From NCBI RefSeq assembly GCF_000142905.1, contig NW_013657667.1:254801-318800 (forward strand): a stretch of DNA of 64,000 bases, in the 5' to 3' direction. Of the stretch, positions 38,593 to 50,300 are shown piece by piece (the stretch's first letter is position 1; every line of letters begins with the position of its first letter). Source of the DNA: Thecamonas trahens ATCC 50062 (taxonomy: Eukaryota; Protista; Apusomonadida). The translations under genes and the position numbers were made by a program. The notes under the pieces are model-generated. The model saw only the letters and a list, made by a program, of their open reading frames with translations, did not search any database and was not told the DNA's origin.

Positions 38593-40781
38593 TCACAGCC
38601 TGTTGTCGTCTGACGATGATGACGAGTCTGACGGTGACGAAAGCGTCACGGGCTTGGACCTGCGTCCTGCGGGACGCGGAGGCGAGCTCAACTCGTAGCC
38701 GGAGCGCGGCGACTCGGCCTTGGGCGGCCTAGCCGCCGCTGCCGACGACGCTTCGATGGTCGACGACGACGCTGACAGCTTGGCTTGTCTGCTCGACTTG
38801 CCGCGCTTCTTGGCCTTGGACTTGGATGCCTTTCCGTCCTTGGCGGGCTTACTCTCCTTGGCCTTGGACTTGGACTTTGCATCCTTGACATCCTTAGACT
38901 TGGACTTGGACTTGGCCTTGGCCTTGGCCTTGGATGCCTTTCCGTCCTTGGCGGGCTTGCTCTCCTTGGCTTTGGCCTTGGCCTTGGCCTTGGACTTTGC
39001 ATCCTTGGAATCCTTAGACTTGGACTTGGACTTGGACTTGGACTTGGACTTGGCCTTGCGCGGCTGCGAGGCCGAGTCCGACTGGTCGTCATCTGACCAC
39101 GACGAGTCGCGGTCGTACTCGATGTTGGGCGAGACGTCAAAGTGGCAGGCATACGAGCCAGAGCCAGAGCTAGAGCTAGAGCTAGAGCCGGAGCCGGAGC
39201 TGGAGCCGGAGCCGGAGCCAGAGCCCGAAGCTGAGGCCGAGCGCGACGAGGCCGAGGGAGAGATGGTGTAGCGGGTCGACTCTTCGACAAGCGACGAGAA
39301 GCGGCCCGAAGAGAAGAGCAGCTGGGTGTACTCGAGCGAACGGATGGGGTCAAAGTAGCGGTGGGCCAGGGTTTGGCGGGCAGTGTAGCGGAGCTCGTGG
39401 TCGTAGACAAGGAGCTGGTCAATGAGATCGATGGCATCGGGCGAGGCCAAATGCTTGTTGGTCCTGTTGACGAGCATGGACCAGTTGACGCGCGACGACT
39501 TGCAGCGCTCGGCCTTAAACAGGCGGATGGGATATTTCTCGCGGGCGCGCAGCGTCGAGCCATACTTTTGAGGAAGCGGATGTAGTCGGCAGTGCCGAGG
39601 CCCTTGCACACGGCAACCATGTGGTTGCGGTTGCCGAGCTCGCGGTCGTCGCCGCCGCGGTCCGACTCGAACATGGAGCGGCGCTGGAAAATGATCTGGC
39701 CCATGATGCATGCAAACGACCACATGTCCGACTGGTAGTCGTAGTACCGGTAGTGGAGGAAGAGCTCAGGCGCCTTGTACGAGCGGGTGCCCGGCCAGTT
39801 TGTCCACTCGACATTGGGCATAAAGTGAGCGCAAAAGCCGAGGTCAATGAGCCGGAGATCGCGGGTCTTGGGGTTGTACAGCACGTTGCCGGCCTTGATG
39901 TCGCGATGGACAATGCCCTGCGAGTGGGTGTAGTGGATGGCGAGGGCGAGCGAGTACAGGTACGACCGCGCCTCGGTGTTGGACATGGCGGCAAAGACCT
40001 TCTTGTACTTGGGGTTGTCCACATGCTCAAAGACCAGCGCCTTGAGCCCGGTCTCCGGCTGCATCACCGTGTCATACATCTGCACAATGTTGGGGCCCTT
40101 GCCCAGGAGCTTGAGCATCATCACCTCCTGCCGCACCGCTGCCGGCTTCTCCTTCTCCGGCTTGATGGTCTTGACCACAACCTTGGCCCGGTCCGACCGC
40201 CGCACCGCACGATACACCGCTCCAAACGCGCCCTCGCCGAGCAGCTCGTCCCAGTGGACCTTGTATGCGTCGAGCGAGCCCCACTCGGGCTCGGGCGCCG
40301 TCATCTCCGCCCGGCTCTTGGCCTCGTTGACAAAGGCATAGTCAAACGGAACACCATTAACCTTTTGCTGCGCACGCAGTCGCTTGATCCTCCGCAGGTC
40401 CTGCTCCCGTCCCCCGCCCGTCCGCACCACCCAGTAAGTCCCCCTCCAGCCCACCTGCCTCTCCCCGCTTCCTCTCCCGACCTGGCAGCATGGTCCCTCC
40501 TTCCAGCCGCAGACCAACCACTCAATTCTGATCCATACCGACACGGCTGCGGTGGCTATTCGCTCACTCGCCCAGTACTGGCTGTAAGGGAGGGGGAAGG
40601 AGGAGAAAAACCTCACATAGCCCAGGGAGGGGAGCACTGCAAGCACAAAATGTCAGTGGGAACATATGGTACGTACGTCATCAAAGGCAGCCTCGCGAAC
40701 AAGCCGTTCGTCGTCTATGTACAGCTCCGTGTCCTCGGACGGCGGCGCGCCCTTGCAGCACACGGCTCCCCAAAAGGCCAT
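38593..40781 (-). CDS. Divergent casein kinase II alpha-like kinase with a Ser/Lys-rich tail; apparent frameshift at 39566-39569; 5' exons uncertain
   Basis: Motifs EWGSLDAY, GEGAFGAV, GPNIV, ALVFEHVDN, HSQGIVHRDIK, LRLIDLG, YKAPEL...YDYQSDMWS, then in the -1 frame HLASPDAIDLIDQLLVYDH...HRYFDPIR. Kinase exon from ~40400. Candidate first exon MAFWGAVCCKG... from ATG 40781 with a GTACGT donor. Confidence 0.82.
38810..39235 (-). repeat. Coding hexamer repeats encoding (KS)n, (KA)n and (GS)n, plus a duplicated KDAKSK...KESKPAKDGKASK unit
   Basis: TTGGAC/TTGGCC arrays and GAGCCG/GAGCTA arrays on the + strand. Confidence 0.9.
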
Positions 40782-40908
40782 GACGCGAGTGAAATGGCCA
40801 GCAACAAATGCGAGTCGGACCCAGTCGATCCATTGCGGTTGAATGAAATCAATGACTGCGAAGCAAGTGGGCCCACAACCGCTTCACCATGGCCCACTTC
40901 TGGCCGCT

Positions 40909-41040
40909 CCGCTCACCACCGCTCACCACCGCTCACCACCGCCCAACTGCCCACTACTGCTCCATCTCACCGCTCACCACAACGCACCGCTCACCAAAAC
41001 CGCTCACCACACCGCACCGCTCACCAAAACCGCTCACCAC
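40909..41040. repeat. Minisatellite with core CCGCTCACCA (8 copies, including a ~30-bp higher-order duplication) in a divergent promoter
   Basis: Copies at 40909, 40919, 40929, 40970, 40987, 41000, 41017 and 41030. Confidence 0.88.
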
Positions 41041-41099
41041 TACTCCTTCTCACCCTCCACTAGACCCTGGCGTACTCTCCCGCTCGCTGCCAGCCACTC

Positions 41100-41174
41100 A
41101 TGTCGTCGACCAACGGCCGTCCAGTCACCGCAGGCCCGGGCCGACGCAGGCGGAGGGCGCAGAGGCGAGACGGC

Positions 41175-41206
<32 letters not shown>

Positions 41207-42029
41207 TAGAGATAGGGTGTATGGTGGAAGACGCAGTCGGCCAGGCCGTGGCCGTAGTCGCGGCAAAGAAGGGAGGCGACCAGTGACGGCAGGGAGGCGA
41301 CGCGGTGGCGGACGCCGGCCGGGCGTCGGCCGGCCGGTCTCGCGCGATCCGCATCGGCTGCCGCTCTCGGTTCTGGCCTTTGGCATGCGGGACCAGTCGC
41401 GGGCAGAGCGGGCGGCGGCGGCTCGGGCCGAGGCCGAGGCGCGTAAGAAGCGCGAGCAGGGCTTCAATCTTCGGCTGCATCCCGAGGGAAGCCAGGGCTC
41501 GCCGCTCGACACATACGACTCGCTCTTCGACCCGGCGCTGGCCTCTTACTTTGCCAACCCGCGTGTCCACCGGTTCCTCCTCGACAACGGGCTCATCGAC
41601 CGGACCGGCAAGGTCATCGACATTGAGGCCAACAAAGCCAAGCTCTTTATTCTCGAGCAAGAGCTGCGCAACGCCGAGAAGGCCGAGTGGCTCCGTCTCC
41701 GTGAGGAGGCCGAGGCCGAGCGCCGCCGCCGCAAGCTCGAGGCCGAGCGCCAGGCTCACGAGGAGCGCGCAGCCCTTGTTCGCCAGCGAGTCATCGAGCG
41801 CCGCAAGCGCCGCCTCGAGCAAAAGGCCGCGCGCGATAAGATTGCGCCCAAGTCGTTCCGCCCATTTGACTCGCCGCTCCTTGCCGACGCCGACACCCAT
41901 CCCTCCTCCCGCTCGCCGGGCGCCCATGCTACGCGCTCCAAGCAGGCCAAGCCCCTCACTGACGAGGAGATTTCGGCCCAGCTCGAGTCGACCCTTGCCC
42001 GCATCGATGCCGTCAACTCGTCATTGTAG
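41100..42029 (+). CDS. Coiled-coil protein with an ERICH3-like N-terminal conserved motif
   Basis: PLDTYDSLFDPALASYFANPRVHRFLLDNGLIDRTGKVI resembles the ERICH3 N-terminal pattern (Y.SL.D..L..YF...R.R..L...GLI.R.G.I). E/R-rich coil. (GCA)10 at 41175-41204. Alternative start ATG 41385. Confidence 0.6.
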
Positions 42030-42364
42030 GCGATACACACCAGCTGCATGCAGCTAACTGCCTCCCTCTCTCTTTCTCTCTCTCTCACTTCCCCCCCCCC
42101 CCCCCCCTTCCCTGGCTCAAGACTCGCCGGTTACTTCCTCCTCTTCTCTGGTCAACGGTAGATAGCTACGCCTGGCACTCCTGGCTCCGATGCGTTATCA
42201 TCATCAACATGTTAGAAAAAAGGGCCGAGCATGCGCCACCAACAAGAGTTCTCGTACGTTTTCCTTCGTCCCCCCCCCCCCCCCCCCCGTCCCTTCAACA
42301 CACACATGCACGCTCCCCCACCACTCCTCCCCCCCCCCTCCCACCTCACTCTCACTTCTTCCCC

Positions 42365-44191
42365 ATGTCCATGTCATCTACCCTTGCCCTCACTCCCGCC
42401 GTGGCCGTCGTCTTTGTCCTCGCCCTTGCTGCGCAGGCCACGGCAGCTTCCCTCGACCCAGCGTACTACGACGGGACAGCAAGCTTTGCTTCAGGCGACT
42501 ACGTGCTGTACTGGAAAGTGCACGCCACGTCGGTGGAGATTGCTCTGGATGCTGCGACGACCGGATGGGTTGGCTTTGGTCTCTCGGAGCCGACGTCGGG
42601 CTCCATGCCGGGCTCAGACATGGTGGTGGCGTCGGTCGACGGCTCGTCGGGGGTCGTCACAGTTCGCGACATGCACGCGCTGGGCTTCTCTACGCCGACC
42701 GAGGACGCCGCGTGCTCCGACTGGGTCATTGTCAACGGCTACGAGGCAGGTGGGCGGACGGTAGTTGAGCTTGTCCGCGCCAAGGAGACCGGCTCGCCGC
42801 AGGATCGTCCCTTTGTCGAGGGCAACATGCATGTGGTGTGGGCGTTTGGGAGCTCAGACACGCTGACGTACCACGGTGCCAACCGCGCCACGAACCAGGT
42901 CACCTTTTGGGGTGAGAGCTACGTCCGTCCGGTCGGTCTCACCACCCTTGAGCTCCGCCACGCTGATTTTCCGGTTCCGTCCATCAAAACCCACTACGAG
43001 GAGACGCTCTTTGCGCTCCCCAACGATCGGCCGTATCATCTTGTCGAAATCGAGCCTGTCATTGTCCAGCCCAAGTACGTCCATCACATGGTGTTCTACT
43101 TTTGCACCGGGCCCACGCTCGGTGAGTGCTGGGACCTTGTGGGCGCCTGGGCCGTCGGCGGGCCGTCGACTGTCACTCCCGAAGTCGCGGGCTTCCGCTT
43201 CGGTGCAGGCACCACCATCACCCACCTCCGCATCCAGTTCCACTATGACAACCCGACCAACACTCCGGGTGTGACTGACTCGTCCGGCGTCCGCATCCAC
43301 TACACTGACATCCTTCGCGAGCACGACGCCGGCGTCCTCTGGATCGGCGATCCGGCCGTCCGGCTCCCGGCCATCCCGGCCGGCGAGGCCGCCTTTCACT
43401 ACGAGACAACGTGCCCATCGGAGTGCACATCTCGCTGGACGCAGCCTCTCAACGTCTTCACCGTCTTCCTCCACATGCACTCGGTCGGCAAGACCATTTG
43501 GACAACTGTCCATCGCGCCGGCGAGCGCGTGCCCGAGGCCGAGGATCGCATTGAGTTCTGGGACTTCAACCACCAGCAACTGACCACCGTCAACTACACT
43601 CTCCAACCTGGTGACGAGATCAACGTCCACGGCGTGTTTGACACCACCGGCAAGTCGGCTCCCGTGGTCTTTGGCACCGCCTCCGACGAGGAGATGCTCA
43701 TGAGCTTCCTCTCTTACTATCCTGCCCAGACCGGCATTTGGCAGTGTGGCTACTTTCCCAGCGCCTCGGACCCGAACAACACCGACTGGACGCTCTGCCA
43801 GTCCGACGTTCTCGACATCCGCCAGCCCAAGGTCGCCGACCCGCCCGGCGGCGAGATCATCACCTTTGGCGCCACGCCCGGCACCTGCGCTCCGCTCGCC
43901 ACCATTCCGCCATCCCGCCCGCAAACAACCTCGTCGCCGGCAGCCTCCCCTCCACCGCCGCCGTCTACCTCGACCCCGACCTCGACTGCCGCCGCCACCC
44001 AAGGCTCGTCCTCACCATCGGGATTCTCGTCGTCGACCGGCATGCTGATCGCCGCCGGTGTCGGCGGCTTTGTCATCATTCTCTTCCTTGTCGGCGGCGT
44101 TGCCGCCTTTCTGAAGTTCCGGTCCTCGTCCTCCTCGACTGCCGGCACAAACGCAGACGCTAAGAACGCCGTCGCTCTCGAAGCCATTTGA
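42365..44191 (+). CDS. DOMON + copper type II ascorbate-dependent monooxygenase (MOXD1/DBH-like), type I membrane protein
   Basis: Signal peptide; DOMON motif GWVGFGLS...MPGSDMVV; Cu ligands VHHM, QFHY, LHMH and EEM; Ser/Thr/Pro stalk; C-terminal TM helix. Confidence 0.9.
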   Translation: MSMSSTLALTPAVAVVFVLALAAQATAASLDPAYYDGTASFASGDYVLYWKVHATSVEIALDAATTGWVGFGLSEPTSGSMPGSDMVVASVDGSSGVVTVRDMHALGFSTPTEDAACSDWVIVNGYEAGGRTVVELVRAKETGSPQDRPFVEGNMHVVWAFGSSDTLTYHGANRATNQVTFWGESYVRPVGLTTLELRHADFPVPSIKTHYEETLFALPNDRPYHLVEIEPVIVQPKYVHHMVFYFCTGPTLGECWDLVGAWAVGGPSTVTPEVAGFRFGAGTTITHLRIQFHYDNPTNTPGVTDSSGVRIHYTDILREHDAGVLWIGDPAVRLPAIPAGEAAFHYETTCPSECTSRWTQPLNVFTVFLHMHSVGKTIWTTVHRAGERVPEAEDRIEFWDFNHQQLTTVNYTLQPGDEINVHGVFDTTGKSAPVVFGTASDEEMLMSFLSYYPAQTGIWQCGYFPSASDPNNTDWTLCQSDVLDIRQPKVADPPGGEIITFGATPGTCAPLATIPPSRPQTTSSPAASPPPPPSTSTPTSTAAATQGSSSPSGFSSSTGMLIAAGVGGFVIILFLVGGVAAFLKFRSSSSSTAGTNADAKNAVALEAI

Positions 44192-44370
44192 TCAAATTCT
44201 ACCTCTGAGAAATAAATTCTCCACCGCACGCGCAGCACCGGCTGAACGACAACTCGGTGGCGCCAGGCCTCTTCCTCCCCGTTTCAACCACTCTTCGCGC
44301 GCCCCCCCCCCTCCCCTCCCACCTCTCTTCCACCAAGGCACCTCTTCTCCCTTGCCAAACACTTGAGAGG

Positions 44371-47300
44371 ATGCCTGGCCACCTTTGGGTTCTGCTGCTT
44401 GCTGCGGCTGTTGCTTGCGCGACGCTTGCCTCTGCTGCAAGCTACAGACCACCAACACCGGGTACCGAGGCAGTGAGGCCAACCACGTTCAACGTGACCT
44501 TCACCTTGCCACCTGCTGTAGAGGACGTAGTCTTTATCTCGGTCAACGTGAGCAAGTTTGTCGCTCCTGGAGTCTTTGCCAACTTCCCTTCCAAGCTCCT
44601 TGCCGTTGCCGAGCTTGGACAGCCCGAGTCGCCGGTGTGGACAGTGTACGAGTCGGTCGACGCTTCAGCTGACTACGTTGTCGTCCTGGTTGCCGTCTTT
44701 GCCGATGGCTCGACTTCAGAGCCCTCGGAGGTCTCTTTTTACGAGTCGCCGGCTCCAGAGGCCCCCGACTCGCCCACCGGCCTTGCCTCTTCGGCGGTCG
44801 CTCCCGACTCGGCCGAGCTATCCTGGGACGCGCCGTACGACGGCGGCGCAGCCATCACCGACTACAACATTGTCCTCACCGCACTCGATCCGCCCGACGC
44901 ACCATCTCCAGCTCTCTTCTCGACTACCGGCGCCACAACGACGCTGGTCTCGTCGCTCTCGTCGTACACACAGTACGAAGCAACTGTGACCGCCACCTCG
45001 TCTGCTGGCACCTCGCCGCCGTCGCCGCCGCTGGTCTTTCGCACTCGCCCAGCTGCTGCTGACCCTGTCGTGGATGCCTACGTCACCGCCACGTCCCACT
45101 ACACTGCAAGCCTCGAAGTAGCCATCCCGCGTTCGTACGGCACACCTGTCGTGGCACTTCTCTTCTCCGCTGAGCCCGGCGCCCATCACCAGTGGCTTAA
45201 CTTTACCGAGTCACTCCCGCAGGGCGACGTTGTTGCTGCCACGCTCATCGGGCTTGAGCCCTCGACCAACTACGCCATCCAGATCCAGGCGCTCGCCGAA
45301 GGTGCGGAGCTCTCGACACCGGCGCCGCCACCGGCGCTCACTGCGCGGACTGCGGACCCCGCAGCTCCCGACAGCGTTGGGTGCCTCGTTGATCTGAGCG
45401 TCATCAATGCAACTGCTGTTGCGCTCACCTGGACTGCACCTTATGACTCGGGTGCGGCCATCACCAGCTATGAAGTCTCGGCCGTGCCAACCGTCGCGAC
45501 TTCGGCCGGTAAGCCGACGTCCACGATCACGGTTGCGGTTCCTGGCGCCACCAACTCGGAAGTGGTTGGAAGTCTTCTCCCGGCCACGCCGTATGAGCTA
45601 TATGTGGTGGCAATCAACCCCCAGGGCACATCGCCACCTCCGCCATGCCTCAACGCCACCACGACCCTGGCTGGTCCGCCCGACCCCGTTGCCTGCGGTT
45701 CGATCGTAGTGACGCCAGTTTCGGACACCCAGCTCGACGTTGCCTGGGTCGCACCGTCCGATGCCGGCTCGACCATCACCAACTACACCGTTGTCTACAC
45801 CCATCTCGACAGCGGCGGCACGCCTGATGGCGAGTCGATGAACGTGGTGGTCTCTGCGTCGCCGGCTGCCCTCGCTGGGCTCGGACGGTACACCGACGTC
45901 GGAGTTACGGTGACCGCCACCAACTCAGTGGGCAGCTCGCCGCCCTCGTGTCAAGTTGTCGCCACGACGCTGCCAGGATTCCCGGAGCCCACCGTGGGCG
46001 TTGCTGCTGTCGACGTCACCCGGTCATCTGCTCGCATCACTTGGTCGCCGATCGACGACAATGGCATGCCGCTGCTCAACACCACTATCTACGTCTTTGA
46101 GATGCAGGCGTTTAGCGCCGCGGCACCGCCGATCGAGCCGCACCTTACGCAGCCTGGCGGCGGGTCGCAGGCCCACGAGGCGCTGGAGAGCCTTGCTGCC
46201 GAAGTCTACATCGGCTCTGTGGCTGGCAACGGCATGGAGTTGGCGCTGCCTGCCTCTACACTCGAGCACAACACCCAGTACGGTGTGATAGTGCTCGGCG
46301 CCAACGCGGCCGGGCAGGCCTCGTTTGTCATCCCGCCGTTTGCCTTTCTCTCCGGGCCGGCCGAGCCCGAGAAACCGGATCGGGAGACTTTTGTGGCGAC
46401 TGCGGTCAACCCACGGACGTTGTCGCTGTTGTGGGATGCTCCGAATGACTCGGGCTCACCCATCGTTCAGTACGATGTCTTCCTCACCCGCATCTCGGAC
46501 TCGTTCGTCATTTCGGGCTCGTTCAACACGACGTCTGGGGTGGTGACTGGTCTCGAGGCCTCGACGGAGTATTTGGTGCAGGTCTTGGCAATCAACGCGG
46601 TTGGTTCGTCCGATCTATCGCACCCGCTGTACTGGCTGTCGCCCGAGGCGGTTGCGCCGTCCGCGGTTGACCCGACCTCGTTTTTCTCACTCTCGTCCAC
46701 CCGCTCATCGATCCATATCGGGTGGGCCGAGCCGTTTGACGGCGGCAGCCCAGTGAGCGACTACGTTGTCCTCGCGTACGACACGGTGACCGGAGCCAAG
46801 GTATACGACATGGCCGGTGACGCCTCGCTCTCGCGCAACATCACCGGGCTCTACGTCCACCGCGACTATGCTTTCATCGTTGCTGCTGTCAACAGCGTCG
46901 GCATTGGCGCCGCACCAGTCTATCCGCCCGACTCTACCGGGATGGCCATGACGGCGACCGGGCCACCGGATCCGGTTACGAGTATCCAGCTGTACGCTTA
47001 TCCGGCGGCGACGAGCCTCGAGACCTCGTCGCTGCTGCTGCTCGAGTGGCAGGGCCCCGACGACAACGGTTTTGACTTTACCACTGTTGAAGTCATGGTC
47101 TACGCTATGCCCGACGAGTCGCCTGTCGCCGGCTACCCGCAGCAGGCCAACGTGACCGCGAGTGGAGGTTCGGAAGCGCCGGTTGAGCTCGACGGCCTCA
47201 TGCCCGACTCCGAGTACGGCGTGCGCCTTGTCATTTACAACAAAGTCGGCGCCAGTCCGCCGTCAGACCTCGTTGTGAGCCGGACTGGACCGGGCGTGCC

Positions 47301-50300
47301 AAATCCACCGGACATGGTCAACGCGACCGCCGACGGCCCGCGCGGAATCCACATCTCGTGGTCGCCGCCGTTGTACACCGGCGGGGCGCCCATCGAGTTC
47401 TACACGGTTCACATCACCGGGACCGGAAACCATGACGACACCTTTACCATTGCCGGTGAAGTGACCACGCTGGATGTCTCCAGCCTCTGCATGGCCGGCG
47501 ACTACGAAGTCGAAGTCATTGCGGCCAACGCGGTGGCTAACTCGGCACCGTCGCCTGCTGTGGCAGTGAGCACACCCGGCGAGCCACCGTCGGTCGTGGC
47601 GACACTGTTGGTCACTGCGACAACACTCGACTCGGTGACCCTGCTATGGAACACGCCGCCGGGCGTGTGCAGCATGCCGGGTGTCTTTTCGCTCTTCCTC
47701 TCGGCTAACATGTCGGATCCGTCGCCGCCGTCCACTTTTGTGGCCAACATCTCCATTCCGACCACGTCGACGACGGTGGGCGATCTCGAGCCTGCTGCGT
47801 CGTACAAGTTTGCCATCCAGGTTGTCACTGACTATGGTGTTTCTCCTCTCTCCGCAGCCACTTCAGTGACGACCGGCTCGTTGCCGCCGGATGCCCCGAC
47901 TATTGTGGTGGCGATGCCAGAGCCGGCAGCGTACGCCGTGTCTGGACCTTATCTGCCGGTCACCACGAGTGTGGTGGTCAACATCACACTTCCGCTCTCC
48001 GACAACGGCTCGCCGGTGGTCGAGCTTGGGGTTGTGATCAACGGCTCTGAGGTTGTGCGGGTGCCGACCTCGAGCGGGCCGGGTGACGTGGTCTCTGTTG
48101 TCGTCGACGAGCTTGAACCCCACCAGATTGTGGCGGTTGCCGCGTTTGCATCGTCGGTCCTTGGCGACTCGGCGCTCTCCCCCACCACAGTGGTCACGAC
48201 GCTTCCAGGACCACCAGAGGCGCAGCCGGCGCCGCAAGCCATCACATCCGAGTCAACGTACACTTCGGTGACAGCGCACTGGGACGGCGTGGCAACCGGG
48301 TCGTCCCGAGGCCTGCCCATTGACCACGCCGTAGCTGTGGTTGCCAAGTCGTCGACCAACTTTTGGGCTTTTCCATTGTCACCTTGTCGCCCCCACTTCC
48401 ACTCGGTCCTCAGCCCATCGTCATTAGTGGGCTCAGTCCCGGGCGTGACTATCTGGTTGGGTTTGCTCTTGGATGCCTTAAGCCAGATGGTCAGGGTGAG
48501 TACCTGTACTCCTCGCTGAGCCTTGCTGAGCTATCGCCGGTGGCGACGACGCCACCGACAGTGCCCGACGTTGCCAGCTGCGCGACAAACGTCGAGGTCA
48601 TTGCTGCGCCCGGCAACGTCTCAGCCAGGGCCGAGGTCTCGTTTGTGCAAGCTGCTGAGAATGGATCACCCATTACTGTGGTCGAGATCGAGCTGACGCC
48701 TCTGAGTGGCTCGTTCGGCGATACCAAGCTGGTTGCGGCGGTGGGCATCGGGGCAGCCGATACCGCTGTGTCTGTCAATGACCTTGACGGCGCTACCGAG
48801 TACTCGTTGGCGCTGCGGTTTGGCAACGCCGAGGGCTTTGCGCCGTTTAACAACAGGTCGCTCTGTGCGACAGTGTCGAGCCCTCCGCTTGCGCCGCGGG
48901 CGCCGCTCGCTCCGCTTGTCAGCGTTGTCTCGTCGCAGGTGGTAGCGGCACGAGCGCAGGCGCTCCCGTCGTCGCAGGGCTCGCCAATCACGTCGGTTGT
49001 GCTCGTGGCGACAGGAACAAGCGGCAAGGCGCTGGGAACGAGCGTTCAGGTCGAGGTTGACGCGGCTCAAGCTGTGGCTACCACCGAGCACCTCGGCCGG
49101 CTGTTTGGCGGCGAGGACTACGAGGTAACAGCCCAGGCGCGCAACGCATACGGGCTCTCGCTCTCATCGCCGGCCGAGGTGGTCTCTTTGCCGCCGGGCG
49201 AGCCATGGCCAATCGAGTGCACCGACGGCGTGGTGAGCGACGTGACGCCGAGCTCGTTCCGGGCAGCCTGGCCGCCCACCGCCCACAACGGCGGCTTTCC
49301 GCTCGGAGGATACGACGTCGAAATTGTGGCCATGGCGACCGGCACCATGGTGTTTTCGGGAACGCTGACGGAACCGGTCTATCAGCTGAGCGGCCTCGAT
49401 GCCGGAAGTCAATTCAACATTAGCGTGGTGCCGTGGAACAGCGCCGGGAGTGCAGCCGGTTGTGCAATGGAGGCGAAGACTCTTGCACTTCCGCCACTCC
49501 CGCCGACCTCGGTGACGACGACGGTGGCCGATCTGTCCGCTGGACGAGTGCTGGTCACTTGGGCTCCGGCTGTCGAGCGCGGTGCGCCTGTGGTCGAGTA
49601 TCTTGTTCACGTGGAGCAAGGTGGCGTGATTGCGATCAACGAGACAGTGTCGGTTATGACCAACAGCGAGCCTGCGCTCAACATTACCGGATTGCAGCGC
49701 GGAGTGACGTACTCGCTGACGGTGTCTGCGGTGTCTGCGGCAGGTATCTCGTCGCCTTCGAACATATGGCTGTTTGGTGTCAGCCCGCTGGCGCCACAGC
49801 CGCTGGCATGCCCGTCTGTCACGCAAGTTGGTCCCAAAGCTGTGTTTGTAAGCTGGGCCGCAGCGGTGACCAACGGCGCGCCTGTGCTCGTCTACCGAGT
49901 CGAGGCGCGAGTCGATGCCGAGGCGACGTTCATTGTGCGAGCGAGAGTCAGCACGCTCAATGCGACACTGACGGATCTTGTGCCAGGCACGGTTTACAGC
50001 TTGCGGATTGTGGCCGAGTCGTCTGTGGGGCCGTCGTCGCCGTCGCTCTGCAGTTCTGGCGCGGGTCTGGCACTGCCTGCGACTGCACCCGAGCCGACGT
50101 CTGATGTGGATCCGCCCGAGATCGACGGCACGACGGTGGTGCTGCGGTGGAGTCCGGCACGGTCCAACGGCGAGCCGGTTTTGGAGTACCTGGTGCAAGT
50201 GTCACGCAACCTGCAGTTTGATCCGTCGTTCAACGTGTCTGTGACCGAGTCGCGGCGGCGCGCTCCGGATGCCCGAGTCGAGCTCACGACGCTGGCGGAG

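Noticed and set aside
40909-41040. Repeat array considered as CRISPR
   Set aside because: The unit is only 10 bp, spacers are absent or themselves repeated, there are no cas genes, and the context is eukaryotic.
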